In this document: positions 41,901 through 54,079 of the stretch, piece after piece
Numbering within the stretch: position 1 is the first letter of the stretch
Layout: the number at the start of each line of letters is the position of its first letter
Origin: Eledone cirrhosa
Taxonomy: Eukaryota
Reading direction: 5' to 3'
NCBI GenBank assembly: GCA_964016885.1
Contig: CAXHJY010001636.1
Span: forward strand, 1 to 63,813
DNA: 63,813 nt
Position numbers and translations under genes: made by a program
Notes under the pieces: generated by a model
Told to the model about the DNA's origin: nothing
Database searches by the model: none
The model's input: only the letters and a program-made list of their open reading frames with translations

Positions 41901-43297
41901 CTGTAGGCTCTACTTGCCGGCAAGGACAAGTTGAACTTCCAGTAACCGGGGCCCTGTCTATGCGTTCTATCAAGGTTGACCATGCAGGTCACCAACTTGT
42001 GGTCTGAATAGCCAACCATGAGCATTTCTGGACAACTTAAAAAGTCCCTGTCCTTATTTCTGACTAAAAATCTATCTAGGTACGACCTAGATGATCCGCT
42101 GCGATTTGACCAAGACCAGGTTGGCACCGTCGGAAAATCTAGTCGAAATCTATCGGCCAGGTCAAATCGGCCGAGTAACCCCTTGAGGCTGTTGCACCCC
42201 TCTCTATCAGGACATGCCCCTGCATAGTCCCAACGTGCATCCAGGATACCATTCCAATCCCCCACTAAAAGCAGGGAACGGGACGTCCCTAGAAAAGACT
42301 CCAGACGCTGGAAAAAGTCGGGCCGCTCAGTCCCAAAAGGGGCATATGCGGCTACCAGCCTAAAGGCTCTACCTTCACCACTGCCAAGGTCCAGCACCAC
42401 CAGTCGACCCCCTGGGTCCAAGTGAACTATCTGTGTTGCAAGGCCCATATGTTTTTGCAGCAGAACGACAACCCCACCCCCACCTCCGGGCTGACAGAGA
42501 GATGCGTGCATCTCAAAGTCGTCAAAGGTGGGGGCTAGCTGTCGCATGCTGCTGATCCGCGCCTCGCAGATAACCATCACATTTATAGATTGTGACCTGA
42601 GGTCATTTAGAAGCATTGCTTGCTTCCAAGACGAGCCCAGGCCACGCGCATTTAGACACCCTACTCTTAGCACAGCCATGTTGGTGGTAAGGAGAAAAGG
42701 CACTTACCTCTCTGCGTCCCGGGAAACGGGCCGCTCAATTTCCATGCTGGTTGGGGATGGGTTGTTGGGTGGGGTGGTGGTTTGTGGAAGTGAAGGGGCA
42801 TCGGTGTGTTGTGGGGTTGGGGTGTTTGTGGTTGAGTGGGTGTCTGGGTGGGGGAAGGGGGGTCAAATTATTTAGGAGGACGCGGTTGATTGGTTTGACG
42901 CAGGGGGGGGGGGGGCACGTCCTCCGTGAAATTTATTTTCAGTGTTTTGTCCAAGTGCATCGGGACTTTTATCATTTTTAAATGAGGTAGTCCCACAGCA
43001 GTTTTAAAGTTAGGCCCTTCGGTTTGGACCGAAGGGTTTGCTGAAATTGTTTTCCGTAATTCTTTGTTGTCTGTGTTCATGTATGTATATTGTAAGGTCT
43101 TTTTTTGTGTAGCAGATAGTGTTGTGTGACAGGGAGGGGTGGTTTGTGTGTAGTTTGTGTTCTCTTGGGGGGGGGGGGGGGTTAAAGTTAACATGTGTGC
43201 CTGTGGTGCGTCTCCTCTTCTTTCTTTTTACTTGTTGGAAGGGATCTTTTTCGTCTTGCGACGAAAGGGGTTCGTCTTCCTTGTTGGGTGGGAGGGG
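38981..43297 (-). mobile_element. Tx1-clade copy B, 5'-truncated within ORF1
   Basis: Complete ORF2 plus the ORF1 C-terminus; the truncation abuts (GATA)5 at 43300-43319. Confidence 0.95.
39245..42679 (-). pseudogene. Copy B ORF2, nearly intact (two frameshifts at about 41820 and 39560)
   Basis: ORFs 41795-42703, 39541-41715 and 39245-39652: 'CLNARGL', 'GDWN', 'SDHK', 'DQSKAFDRVDH', 'RQGCPLS', 'YADD', 'CPRC..DEETVAHALVHC'. Confidence 0.93.
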
Positions 43298-43319
43298 TAG
43301 ATAGATAGATAGATAGATA

Positions 43320-44775
43320 TGTTTCTTTTATTTGCCACCAGGGCATCAAAAGTGGGACAAGTACAATGGAGGGAGTTTACAAAACAAGGCGTCCTCAATA
43401 AGGAGGAGGCAATAACAATATATAAAATAAAATAAAATATAACAAAAAATAAAATTTATAACAAAGTCCTCAATAGAGAGGAGGCGCCTTGGGAGGTCTC
43501 ACACACCCCCGAAAAAAGTGTGCAACCCTTCTCCTCTGGAGCACAGAGAAGGGGTGCTCCCTTGGTCTTTCATCTTCCTCACCTATAGTCTGATGTAGAG
43601 TGAAGGCCCATTGACACGGGCCATTCTCGCCACTTTCACCCATCTTTCATAGAAACGGCTGGGGTGCAGCACCTCTCTCTCCATCCTGATCCTTCTTCCG
43701 AAATGATATCGGAAGAAACGGACCAGTTGTTGGCCAGAGAGAAAGGTGTCTGACCTCAGTCCTTTCAGACGCGTCCACCATACAACCTCTTTCGCCATGG
43801 CTATTACGCACAGAAACACCGCCTCTCCTTCGTTTTTGAAGAGGGGAGGCGGCTTGATCGTTACAATAGACTCGGTGGTCAACCGGATCGGTCCCACCCT
43901 TGACAGCAGTTGTTCGACATAGCGCCACAGATCGGCAATGCCAGAGCAGTGTACCAATGCGTGTGCAACGGTTTCCTCGTCGCACACGCATCTGGGACAG
44001 ACCTTTTTCGATGGGTCCCTACCCGGGCGCCCGTGTCTGTAGAGCCTTTCTCGAACGGGCAGAGCCCTTCTGTAGCATTGCCAGGCCAGGGACCTCTGGA
44101 AGTTTTCCATGGGTCCCGGGCTGAATGTCCTACCGAAAAGGTTGGCCAGTTCGTCTTCCTCCATGCCTAGGGCTTCTCCGAGGGCGTCGTCGCACCTGCT
44201 AACCACCAGCCCTCTATAGAATGACGAGGTGGATTCTCCACTGACAGCCGGGTCCGCCTGCCAGAGAGCCGTGAGCGCCTGGGCACACTCGGTGTGCCAG
44301 GCGCCCAGTTTTCTCGGTCTTTGCTTGACCCAGGATTGCAGCTCGGTGAGTGAGACGAGTCTGGGAAAGGCTCGCCTCACAAACGGGGCCCACACCGGTT
44401 GACCGGAGAGGAATACCTGAAGGTGCCGTAGCCTTAATGCGTGTATACGTATCATCAGCCACGGCATCCCCAGCCCTCCTTTCGAAGGGTGTTGACAGCA
44501 GATGGATCTCCTCACCATAGGAGCCCGCTTCTTCCAAAGGAATTGGAAGAGTTCGCGCTCCATTTTGGCGAGCGTTTCCCTTGGGCAAGGCACCACGGTC
44601 AGGCGGTAGTAGATGACGGACGCTATATAAGTGTTCGCCACCTCCGCCCGACCTTTCAGGGACAGTTTGCACTCGGCCCACTTCTGGGTCAGTGCAAACA
44701 CCCTGTTCGTCACCTCACCCCAGTTCTTCTCCACCTGGAGGTCTGGTCCGAACCAGACCCCGAGCAATTTCACCG
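43320..44775 (-). mobile_element. Tx1-clade copy C, 5'-truncated (about 1.45 kb), ORF2 C-terminus fully open
   Basis: 396-aa open frame 43583-44773 closely related to copy B; bounded by (GATA)5 on both sides. Confidence 0.95.
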
Positions 44776-45035
44776 AGATAGATAGATAGATAGATATGTT
44801 TCTTTATTAGCCACAGGGGCACAAAAGAAGGGGACAAATACAAAGGGGGAAGTTTACATACAATAAAAACGTGTAAAATGTTATCACAAATATAATTTAA
44901 AAAGTTAGTCGATTTTCCCCAATATGGGGAGACAGTTTATATGGGTAACACATACCCCCGAGAAAATGTGCAACCCTCATCTCAAGGAGTACGAAGAGTT
45001 TGTACTCGTTTCCTCTCCTCCTCCTTTTTCTCAAC

Positions 45036-48000
45036 CTACAGGCTGATATAGAGAGAAGGCCCATTCACTCGGGCCATTCTCGCCACTTTCACCCACCTTT
45101 CATAAAACTTGCTGGGGTACAGCACCTCTCTCTCCATCCTGATTCTTCTTCCAAAGTGGTATTTGAAAAAAATAATCAGTTGTTGGCCGGAGAGAAAGGT
45201 GTCTGACCTCAGCCCTTTCAACCTTGTCCACCATACAACCTCTTTCGCCATATCTATCACACAAAGGAAAACTGCCTCTCGTTCGTTTTTGAAGGAGGGT
45301 GGCGGTTTGATCATGACAATGGACTCGGTGGTCAACCGGATTGGTCACACCAGCGACAATAGTCGTTCTACATAGCCCCACAGGTCAGTGACGCCCGGGC
45401 AGTGTATGAATGCGTGCGCGACGGTTTCTTCGTCTCGCACGCACCTCGGACAGATCTTTTTTGCAGGGTCCCTGCTCGGGCGCCCATGTTTGTAGAGCTT
45501 GTCTCGAACTGGTAGAGCTCCTCGGTAGCACTGCCAGGCCAGGGACTTTTGGAAGTTGTCCATCGGTCCCGGGCGGAAGGTCCTACCGAACAGATTGGCC
45601 AGTTCATCTTCCTCTACGCCTAGAGTTTCACCGAGCGCGTCGTCGCACTTGCTGCGGATCAACCCTCTATAGAATGACGAAGTGGAGTCTCCACTGATCG
45701 CCGGGTCCGCCTGCCAGAGGGCTGTGAGCGCCTGAGCACATTCGATGTGCCAGTCGCCCATTTTCCTCGGTCTTTGCTTGACCCAGGACTGCAGCTCGGT
45801 CAGCGAGACGAGTCGTGGGAAGGCTCGCCTCACGAACGGGGCCCACACCGGTTGTCCGGTGAGGAATACGTAGAGATGCCGCAGCCTGAGCGCGTGTTTG
45901 CGCATCGTCAACCACGGCATCCCCATCCCTCCGTTAGAAGGGTGTTGGCAGCAGATGGATCTTCTCACCAAAGGAGCCCGCCTCTTCCAAAGGAATTGGA
46001 AGAGCGCGCGTTCTATTTTGGCGAGCGTTTTGGCTGGACAAGGCACGACGCTCAAGCGGTAGTAGATGGCGGACGCCATAAAAGTGTTCGCCACCTCCGC
46101 TCGACCTTTCAATGATAGTTTGCATTCGGCCCACTTCTGGGTGAGTGCAAAAACCTTGGCCGTCACTTCGTTCCAGTTCTTCTCCACCTGGAGGTCCGGA
46201 CCAAACCAGACCAGACCCCGAGCAGCTTTACCGGTCCTTCCGTCCAGCGTCCGGCGACGCCATCGGAAGGCATCGGTTCGCCTCTCCACGATCCGAGTTG
46301 CAAACCGATGGACTTGTCCCGGTTCAGCTTCGCTCCTGTGAAACTTTCGTATTCCTTCAATAAGGTGCCGACTTCCTCGATTTGCGAGGCGCCCGACACC
46401 ATTACTGTCACGTCGTCGGCGGAGGCCGACGCCGCTTTCCGCAGTCCCGGTTCCAGAGGGATGCCCTGCAATAGCTCCAACTTCCGCAGTAGTGGCTCAA
46501 GAGTCAGTACGTACAGAAGAGAGGAGAGAGGGCATCCCTGTTGAATGGATCGCGTAATGTGGAACGGCTCCGAGATGTAGCCGTTCACCTTGACACTTGA
46601 GCAGATGTTGCTGTTGTGCATTGTAGCAATCCAGCCCCTGAACACGGGTCCGAAGCCTGCCGCCTCGAGCACCGCATCCAGGTAACGATGGTCAACCCCA
46701 TCGAAAGCCTTAGACTGATCCAAGTTGATTAGGGCCCCACTGAAGCCGGGTTTATACCCTACCCTCTCTATGATGTATCGCATGAGGTGGAGGTTGTCTG
46801 CGCTTCTCCCACCAGGTTCTCGATGACAAGTTCCAGCCTCTTTGCCAACACCTTGGCCAAAATCTGTAACTCTGTGTTTAGCAGAGTTATGGGCCGGAAG
46901 TTGCCTATGTCATCCCCCTTATTCTCGTCCTTCCTGATTAGTGTGACCACGCCCCCGGTTACAGAACTGGGAATTCTCCCGTTCTGTTGCCAGTTGCAGT
47001 AGACCACTTCCAGGAGACTGGAGAATAAGTCCGGCATTGCTACGTAAAATTCGTAGGGTAGACCGTCGAGACCTGGAGATTTGCGTTTGCCGCATTGGCT
47101 CAACGCGTCCCCTATCTCAGCGGCTGAAATCGGCTTTTCGCAGAACTTTGCCTCGCTGTCCGAGAGTCGCGGTAGGCCGTCGAGGTATGGACCGACTCCA
47201 TAGCCTCTCCCGGCGCGCCGCCCCTCCCGAACAGTTGAGCAAAGTACCGCCGAAAAGCCGCACACATCTGCTTCGGCTCACGTATCACGCGTCCGTTTTG
47301 GTCCTTCAAAGACCGAATCGTGGACTTGTTGCCACTTTTTGCCTCCGTCACTCCGGCCCAGCTAACAGCTTTGGCTCCCTCGTTTCCCAGAGCAAGTATT
47401 TTGCTTCTGACAACGCAGCCCTCGTGCTTTGCGTCGAAGAACTGGTCCAAGGCCGTTCGCGATGCTAGCACGCTGGCTACGTTGCCACTTCTAATTGCCT
47501 CTTCTACTTTATCTACCAGTTCCTTCTCGGTTCTATTTCTATCTAACGCTAATTCTTTACTAAAAACTATCGAGTCTAATCTAACTGCCCTCTTCAGAGA
47601 GTACCACCATCTGTTGTTGACAATGGCCCCTGTCAAGTGCTGTTTAACTAAAGTGCTAATCCGTCTACTGTAGGCTTTGCTTGTCGGTAACGAAAAGTTC
47701 AACTTCCAGTAGCCGGGTCCTTCTCTATGGGTTCTATCAAGGTTGGCTATACAGGTCACTAGTTTGTGATCTGAATAGGCAACCATGAACATTTGTGGAC
47801 AGCTTAACATGTCCCTATCCTTATTTCTAACTAGAACCCTATCTAGATACGATCTAGATGTTCCGCTACGATTACTCCACGTCCACAGTGGCGCAGTCGG
47901 AAAATCTAGTCGATATCTATCGGCCAGGTCAAATCGGTCGATTAACTGTTTGAGGCTGTTACACGCCCCTTTATCGGGACATGCTCCGACATAGTCCCAA

Positions 48001-48424
48001 CGTGCATCTAGGATTCCATTCCAGTCCCCCACTAAAAGCAAGGAGCGGGACGTTCCCAGAAAAGTCTCTAGACGTTTGAAGAAGTCTGGCCGCGGTGTCC
48101 CGGATGGCGCATATGCGGCCACCAGCCTGAAGGCTCCACCTTCACTACCGTCAACGTCTAGGATCACCAGTCGACCCTCCGGGTCCAGATGTACCGTCTG
48201 TGTTACGAGGCCCAGGTGTTTCCGCAGCAAAACGGTTGACAGAGAGATGCGTAGATCTCAAAGTCATCGAAGATGGGGGCCAGCTGTCGCTCGCTGTGGA
48301 TCCTGGACTCGCAAATGGCTACCACATCCATACTGTGCGACCTGAGGTCGTTTAAGAGTTTGCCCTGTTTCCAGGGCAGCCCCAGGCCGCGTACGTTCAC
48401 ACATCCAACTCTTATGTTGGCCAT
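45036..48424 (-). pseudogene. Copy D ORF2 (APE-RT-CCHC), several indels
   Basis: ORF pieces 48203-48424, 47112-48230, 46768-47265, 46163-46783, 45345-46289 and 45036-45335. Confidence 0.92.
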
Positions 48425-48457
48425 GTTGGTGCTGAAAAGTTAAAAGAGGAAAAGAGA

Positions 48458-50367
48458 TCACCCACCCTTCGTCTCCTGGGGACCAGACCGCACGATTTCC
48501 ATGGGGGTGTTGGAGCGGTTGTCTGGATGGGTGGTGGTTTCCGGCGGGGTGGGGACGGAGATGTTTGGTGGGGTGGGGTCTGGTGGGCTGGGGGTGTCTG
48601 GGGTGGGGAGAAATTTGAGAAGGACGCGGTTGAGTGGTTTCACGCAGGAATTCCGCACATCCTTCTCAAATGTTTCATTTAGGGACCTATATGTTTGTAT
48701 AGGGACCCTAATCAGTTTTAGGTTCAGTTTTTTGCTATTTTTAATAGACTGGGCGAAAGTTCTCCCTTCGGTTTTCACCGAAGGGTCGTTCTTGATGGTC
48801 TCCATTAGTGTTTTGTTTTCAGTGTTTATGTAAGTGTAAGTGTAATTTTCTTGTGTTGTGTTTGTTTTTGTCTGTAGTTCTTGTGTGTGCTTTCGTTTTG
48901 TTGTAGGTATTTTGTTTTCAGGAGGTGGGGGTTTTGTTTGTGATGTTTTTGTTGTTTGTGTTGGTGGTTGTATGTTTGTGGTAGTGTTTGCTGGTTTTTT
49001 GCTTTTGTGATGTCTTTTCTTTCTTTTCGAGCGATGGGGTTCTCCCTCGTCTTCACTGGGTGATGGCGAGATAACCTCATCTGTTGTATCGTCTGTGTGA
49101 TTGGGGAGGGGTATGTCTTGGGGAGGTGTTGTGTCTGTATGTGATTTCGCAGTGGTTTTAGGTGGAGTGGGGTTGGGTGGGACTGTGTTTGTTGTGGTTG
49201 TTTTTGTCTGTTGGTGTTGTTGCTGTTGTGGTGGTGTTGGTGGTTGTGTTGTTTTGATGGGTGTCGGCAGAAGAGCCTTTTTTTTATTCATTAATTTAGG
49301 ACAGGAAGCCCTCAGGTGACCCCTGCTAAAGCAATGGTAACATGAAGGCCGCCTACCCTCAACCGAAAAGTTTATGTAGGTGAGTCCGTCCAGGAGCACA
49401 CGTTGTGGGATCATAGCTATTCGCTATGGGCTCATTTGCACCAGAACTTCAATGCTAGTCCCATTGAATACATCTCTGGGGGACTTTCCTACTGACAGTA
49501 TTCTGTCTTCATCAAAATTGATGAAGCCGCACATTATCCACCATATGTTCACCTTTGGTGTGACACTCGTGATTCTGATCTTTTGTGTCCTTTTTCCCAT
49601 GTATGTAGGGAAAAGGGTGTACAGGTTGGATACAATTGGCGACACAGAGTAATTTTGGGCCGTCAATTGATCCTTCATGAGTACCGAAATACTCCCAAAA
49701 AGTTTGCTTCTTTGAATGAATGCAATATCATTCATTTAATTTTTGAAAACCAGTCAATTTCTTTCTGTGACAATTGGGCTGGTTTTCGGGTAGAATTGGA
49801 AACTGTCCTAAAAACTATCATTTTGAGAGCAGTTTCCTTGCGAATTTCTATCGGAGAATTGATGCTGAAAGCACCATTTTTTTCGAAAGTGACATATCTC
49901 CTAGCGTCCTTTAAAAGTTGTTCAGCATTTGTTATGTCGAGATATATCAGTTCCTCCTTTTTTTTAACTTTCTCTGCAAAGGAGATTTTTGGTTTCTTTG
50001 TGGAATCCGTGTTGGTGGTGTTGTCATTATTGTTGTTATTGTTGTTGTTATTCTTGTTGTCACCGATGTTGATATTATTCGTATTTTCCTTGGTGTTGTT
50101 GTTGTCTTTGATGCTGGTGTTATTGGTGTTGTCTTTATTTTTTTCTTTGTTGTTGTTATCATTGTTGCTTTTATCATCATTATTGCTGTTATTTTTGTTG
50201 TCATTGAACAGTTTGGTGTCATTTGTGTTGTTTGGATATGAATTCGTTTTTACATTTTCATTTCGTCTTTCCATCTCTATAGTATCTAGTGAAGAAGACG
50301 ATGTTGACTGCGAGCTTTGTAGTCTTACCGCCTCCCCACCACCATTATCGTTGGACGCAGCGTTCAT
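48458..50367 (-). pseudogene. Copy D ORF1 (Asn-rich N-terminus, CCHC knuckle, Pro/Thr-rich tail), two frameshifts
   Basis: ORFs 49732-50367, 49424-49735 and 48458-49414 with CYHCFSRGHLRASC. Confidence 0.88.
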
Positions 50368-53148
50368 AACGTAATCAAACTTTTACAATATTTTTTCCAA
50401 GATTCGATGGAGAAAAAAATTTTCAAATGGATATTTCGCTCCTGTAGGGGCGAAAATGAGTTGACCCATCACCTGAAGGTCCAGACGGGGGGGTCAAGTT
50501 ACACAATATATAAAATTTAACTAAAAACTCACGTTTTTTTCTTACATAAATTAACGGAAACTTCTCTGCGAAGTTACACACGTCTGATAGAGACAGAGAT
50601 AGATAGATAGATAGATAGATAGATAGGTAGGTAGCGTGCTAGCTACATAGTTAGATTGTTACATCGATACATAGGTAAGTAGGTAGGTAGAGAGATCCAT
50701 TGATTTCTGTTAACGATCAATGTTTTATTGAATAATAAGAATTTATGTTGTGTTTTTCTTTAGCATTTTATTCTGATTAAACTAGTTCTTTTTATCGTTA
50801 AGTTCGCAGATCAAAGAAGTTTACGGGGACAGAATTGCCTCTGGGAAGTTTAAACTTGGAATCTAATAGATCAGTTCAAATTATAATACACACGACAAAG
50901 GAAAAGGAAGCATAAGGATTTTTATCACTTTCATCATTTAGCTTATTACATATTTATCTCTGCATACATTTCTTTATACTAATAACTTTTATTTTATAAG
51001 GATTCAGTAAATGTAATTATATAAATTTTGTATGGGTTCCGGTTATTTGTAATCTTGTTTAAAAAAGAAGGCGATATTTCATTGATGTATCAATTTGATA
51101 ACAAAATCATATCATGGTTGATAATTGAAAACTTTTGAACCTGGCAGATGCTGGTTCAGAAGTTGTTAGAGCCCCGATTTAAATACCATATGGTATGTAT
51201 TCCAGGTCTCAGTTTTTCTTTGATTTCAAATGCTGTTGCTGCCAAATTTGCCTTTCAGCCTTTCAGGATCAATAAATTAGAATATTCCTCTACAGCCGGT
51301 GAATTAATGAAAATGTTAGTGCCTCGGGCGAAATCCTTTGCGGGCGAAATCCTCATGAGTCCAAATCCCACGTCAAAGTGAACTTTTAATTTTTCAGAGT
51401 CGATAAATTAAAAGTACTATTCCAGGTGTGATGGAATTGTTAGAGGGTCGGCCTAGATGCCGTGAAGAATATGTTCCGACACTTTGTGTTCTCAGTTAAA
51501 ATCCACCGTGGCCTGCCTGGGTGGCTTTCTTAATTCATCGTTCGGTTTAGCATCCCCACCTGATTTGTGAATATCTTTAGCGGAGTCTCCTCCATTGTTA
51601 GAATTCAGACTAGGTTTCGGTTTTGTGGATACCATCATCCCTAATTCCTACCAGTCACGAAGGCCGTAAAAGTGTCATGGACATTGGTTATACCTTCATA
51701 TCTAAACAGTAAGTAAATCTGATTCACATTAAGTCATTAATTCTGACCCTACCTGTCCACACTGTATCATTAATACTTATTACATCTGTTCCAGATATTG
51801 GACAAAACTGAGAAGTTTTAGATTAATACCTCAGAGAATACTCGACTTACCTTGCAAGTATGTAAATATGAATAAGAATTGCAACTACGTGATGGCACAG
51901 GATGGGAATCATCTGGAATATTAATAAATATTTATTATATATTGTGGCTGGAATAAATGACAGAAATATCCTATTGTTAATTTATATTACAGAATATAAT
52001 CTGATCTATGTGTATGTGTTTAAATAAAATATCACCATGCAATATCTAATCATGGAAAGATGACAAAAATGATTATCACTTATCAGCTTGTTTGATTTCA
52101 ATAACTTTGTGTTTTCTTTTACACATCTGCGGCCCTACTTCAGTGTAGGAATTATATATTATAGTAGCTGCTGTTACTGTATTCTTATTAGGAACTTAAT
52201 ATTTTTGTTTCAATGCTCGTGCAGTGTATTACAGAACATATCAATAGATATTTAACCATTGAATGTATAGACTGGTGGTGTAAATATATTGTTTGTGAAT
52301 ATAATATATTTATAGACAGAGGCACTAAACTGAGTATCCTCTTTAAATGTCAAGAATAAGCTGCTAACTAAAGGAACTTGAATAGAGCAGTTAGCATATA
52401 TAAGGATATACAAAATCTCAGTGATCAGAAATAGACTTATGCCTAAATCAGCAATAATTATTTGAAACTCTCTTTGAAGATACTGTTTATAAATCCTCAA
52501 TTACTTATGGATTAAATCAACACGATAATTACTAGGTGATTAACGAGCCAGCCAGCGAGGAACAAATCAAAAAAAAAGGAAACGGACAGATGTTGTTATT
52601 ACTTAGCCCCAATCATTCTTGTTTGAGTAAAGATATAATCAAAGTTGCTCCAAATATGGTCTTCCTGTCTTTTTGTAAAATGGGACAGCACTAGTAAGTA
52701 TTTTCTTTCTTTCTGTTTTGGCATTAAGGTGGGATTTGAGGGAATTTGATTATTATTTCTTGTAGCACGAGCAACGACGTGAGAGTTCCCCCGTTCGGCA
52801 ATGTAATCGTTAATTCAGTGTGCATGAAAAGTAATTGCAATTGTCATGGTCGGAGTGGCTTGATGATAACTGAACTGGGTTTAAACAACAACTAAGTATT
52901 ATACAGTAATGTATAGCAGTCAATAATAAATTATAACTGTCAATAATTTCCAGCTGACCTTCCTTGTGGCCTTTATTTATTCTATTCTAATGTGTTTTAA
53001 TGTAACATCTTTCAATGTATTTTTCTAGACATTGTAAGAAACTGACGCCAAACTCCCTCAAACAAATAGAAATAATACAGCTAGACTTTTTTAAATGTGA
53101 CTTCCTACAATAGACATAAAGTTTACAAAAAAGAACAAAATAAACATT

Positions 53149-53179
<31 letters not shown>

Positions 53180-53208
53180 CGCACACACGCACACACACAC
53201 ACACACAC

Positions 53209-53254
<46 letters not shown>

Positions 53255-53777
53255 ACACACACATTTTTTTTCTAAAACATTCAGATTATATCATCCGGAA
53301 ATTAGTACATATACTCACAAAAAAAGGAAAAAATATATATATACATATATGGAAAATCAAATCTAACAGTGTTGGCGTTAATCTATAATACATCTAGATT
53401 TTGTGTCTAGACAACTGTAGGGAATGTTTGAAAAAATGGCATGAAATTGATAGCATTTGAAGAAAGAGTAAAACAAGTTTTATTCATATATGAACAAAAA
53501 ATGTATTAAATCAACTTTTTTTCATATAGAAAACTGGTAGACTAATAATGAAAGTCAAGCTTGTTGAAGTTTAGAATACTGCCTTGTTTATAAGGCACAT
53601 ATAATGGTGTGCCCTTGAAGGGAAGCAGGTAGAAGGAGGTGAGTAACAGAATACGAAGAGGGAAGGGATAGGGGACAGAGGATAATGTGTGTATTATCAA
53701 AATTTGCCTCAGTTACCAGGTTGACACTCGGCATGATTTGGGAAAGAAGCAGAATTCAAAGGAAGTTTCAAATAATA

Positions 53778-53968
53778 ACAACAATCATTATTTGGGGAGG
53801 AGAAAGTCAATTAAATCTTCTCCAGTGTATTACTGGTGTTGTATTACATCGACGCCTTAAGGAAGAAAGGCTAAGCTAACCCCGGCAGGGTTTGGACTCA
53901 AAGAGATTTGAACTCTATGACGCAGAGCATATTATCCGACGCTCTACTCATACTGCCAATCCACCGCT
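53778..53968 (-). mobile_element. Diverged SINE copy (20248 family)
   Basis: 'ccagtgtattactggtg...atcgac...gatttgaactc...tactgccaatccaccgc'. Confidence 0.75.
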
Positions 53969-53988
53969 CTAATAATAATAATGATCGT

Positions 53989-54060
53989 GATGATGATGAT
54001 GATGCTATTTTCTTTATTGACAACAAGGGTCGACACATAAGGGACAATACAAAAACACGG
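53989..54060 (-). mobile_element. Very short Tx1-related 3' end with an (ATC)n tail
   Basis: Minus strand 'tgtattgtcccttatgtgtcgacccttgttgtcaataaagaaaatagcatcatcatc' aligns to the 3' terminus of copies A-D. Confidence 0.6.
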
Positions 54061-54079
54061 TCAGTATGGGTCAGTTAAT

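Larger units (their letters stand above)
44797..50597 (-). mobile_element. Tx1-clade copy D, full length (about 5.8 kb)
   Basis: 5' UTR, ORF1, ORF2 and 3' UTR; bounded by (GATA)5 at 44777-44796 and (GATA)7 at 50598-50625. Confidence 0.95.

Noticed and set aside
49583-50374. 263-aa hydrophobic plus-strand ORF resembling a membrane protein
   Set aside because: It is the antisense shadow of the Asn-rich AAC/AAT tract in copy D ORF1.
33247-50625. Array as a tandem segmental duplication or an LTR element
   Set aside because: The copies differ in sequence and in 5' truncation point, there are no LTRs, integrase or protease, and the APE-RT layout is non-LTR.
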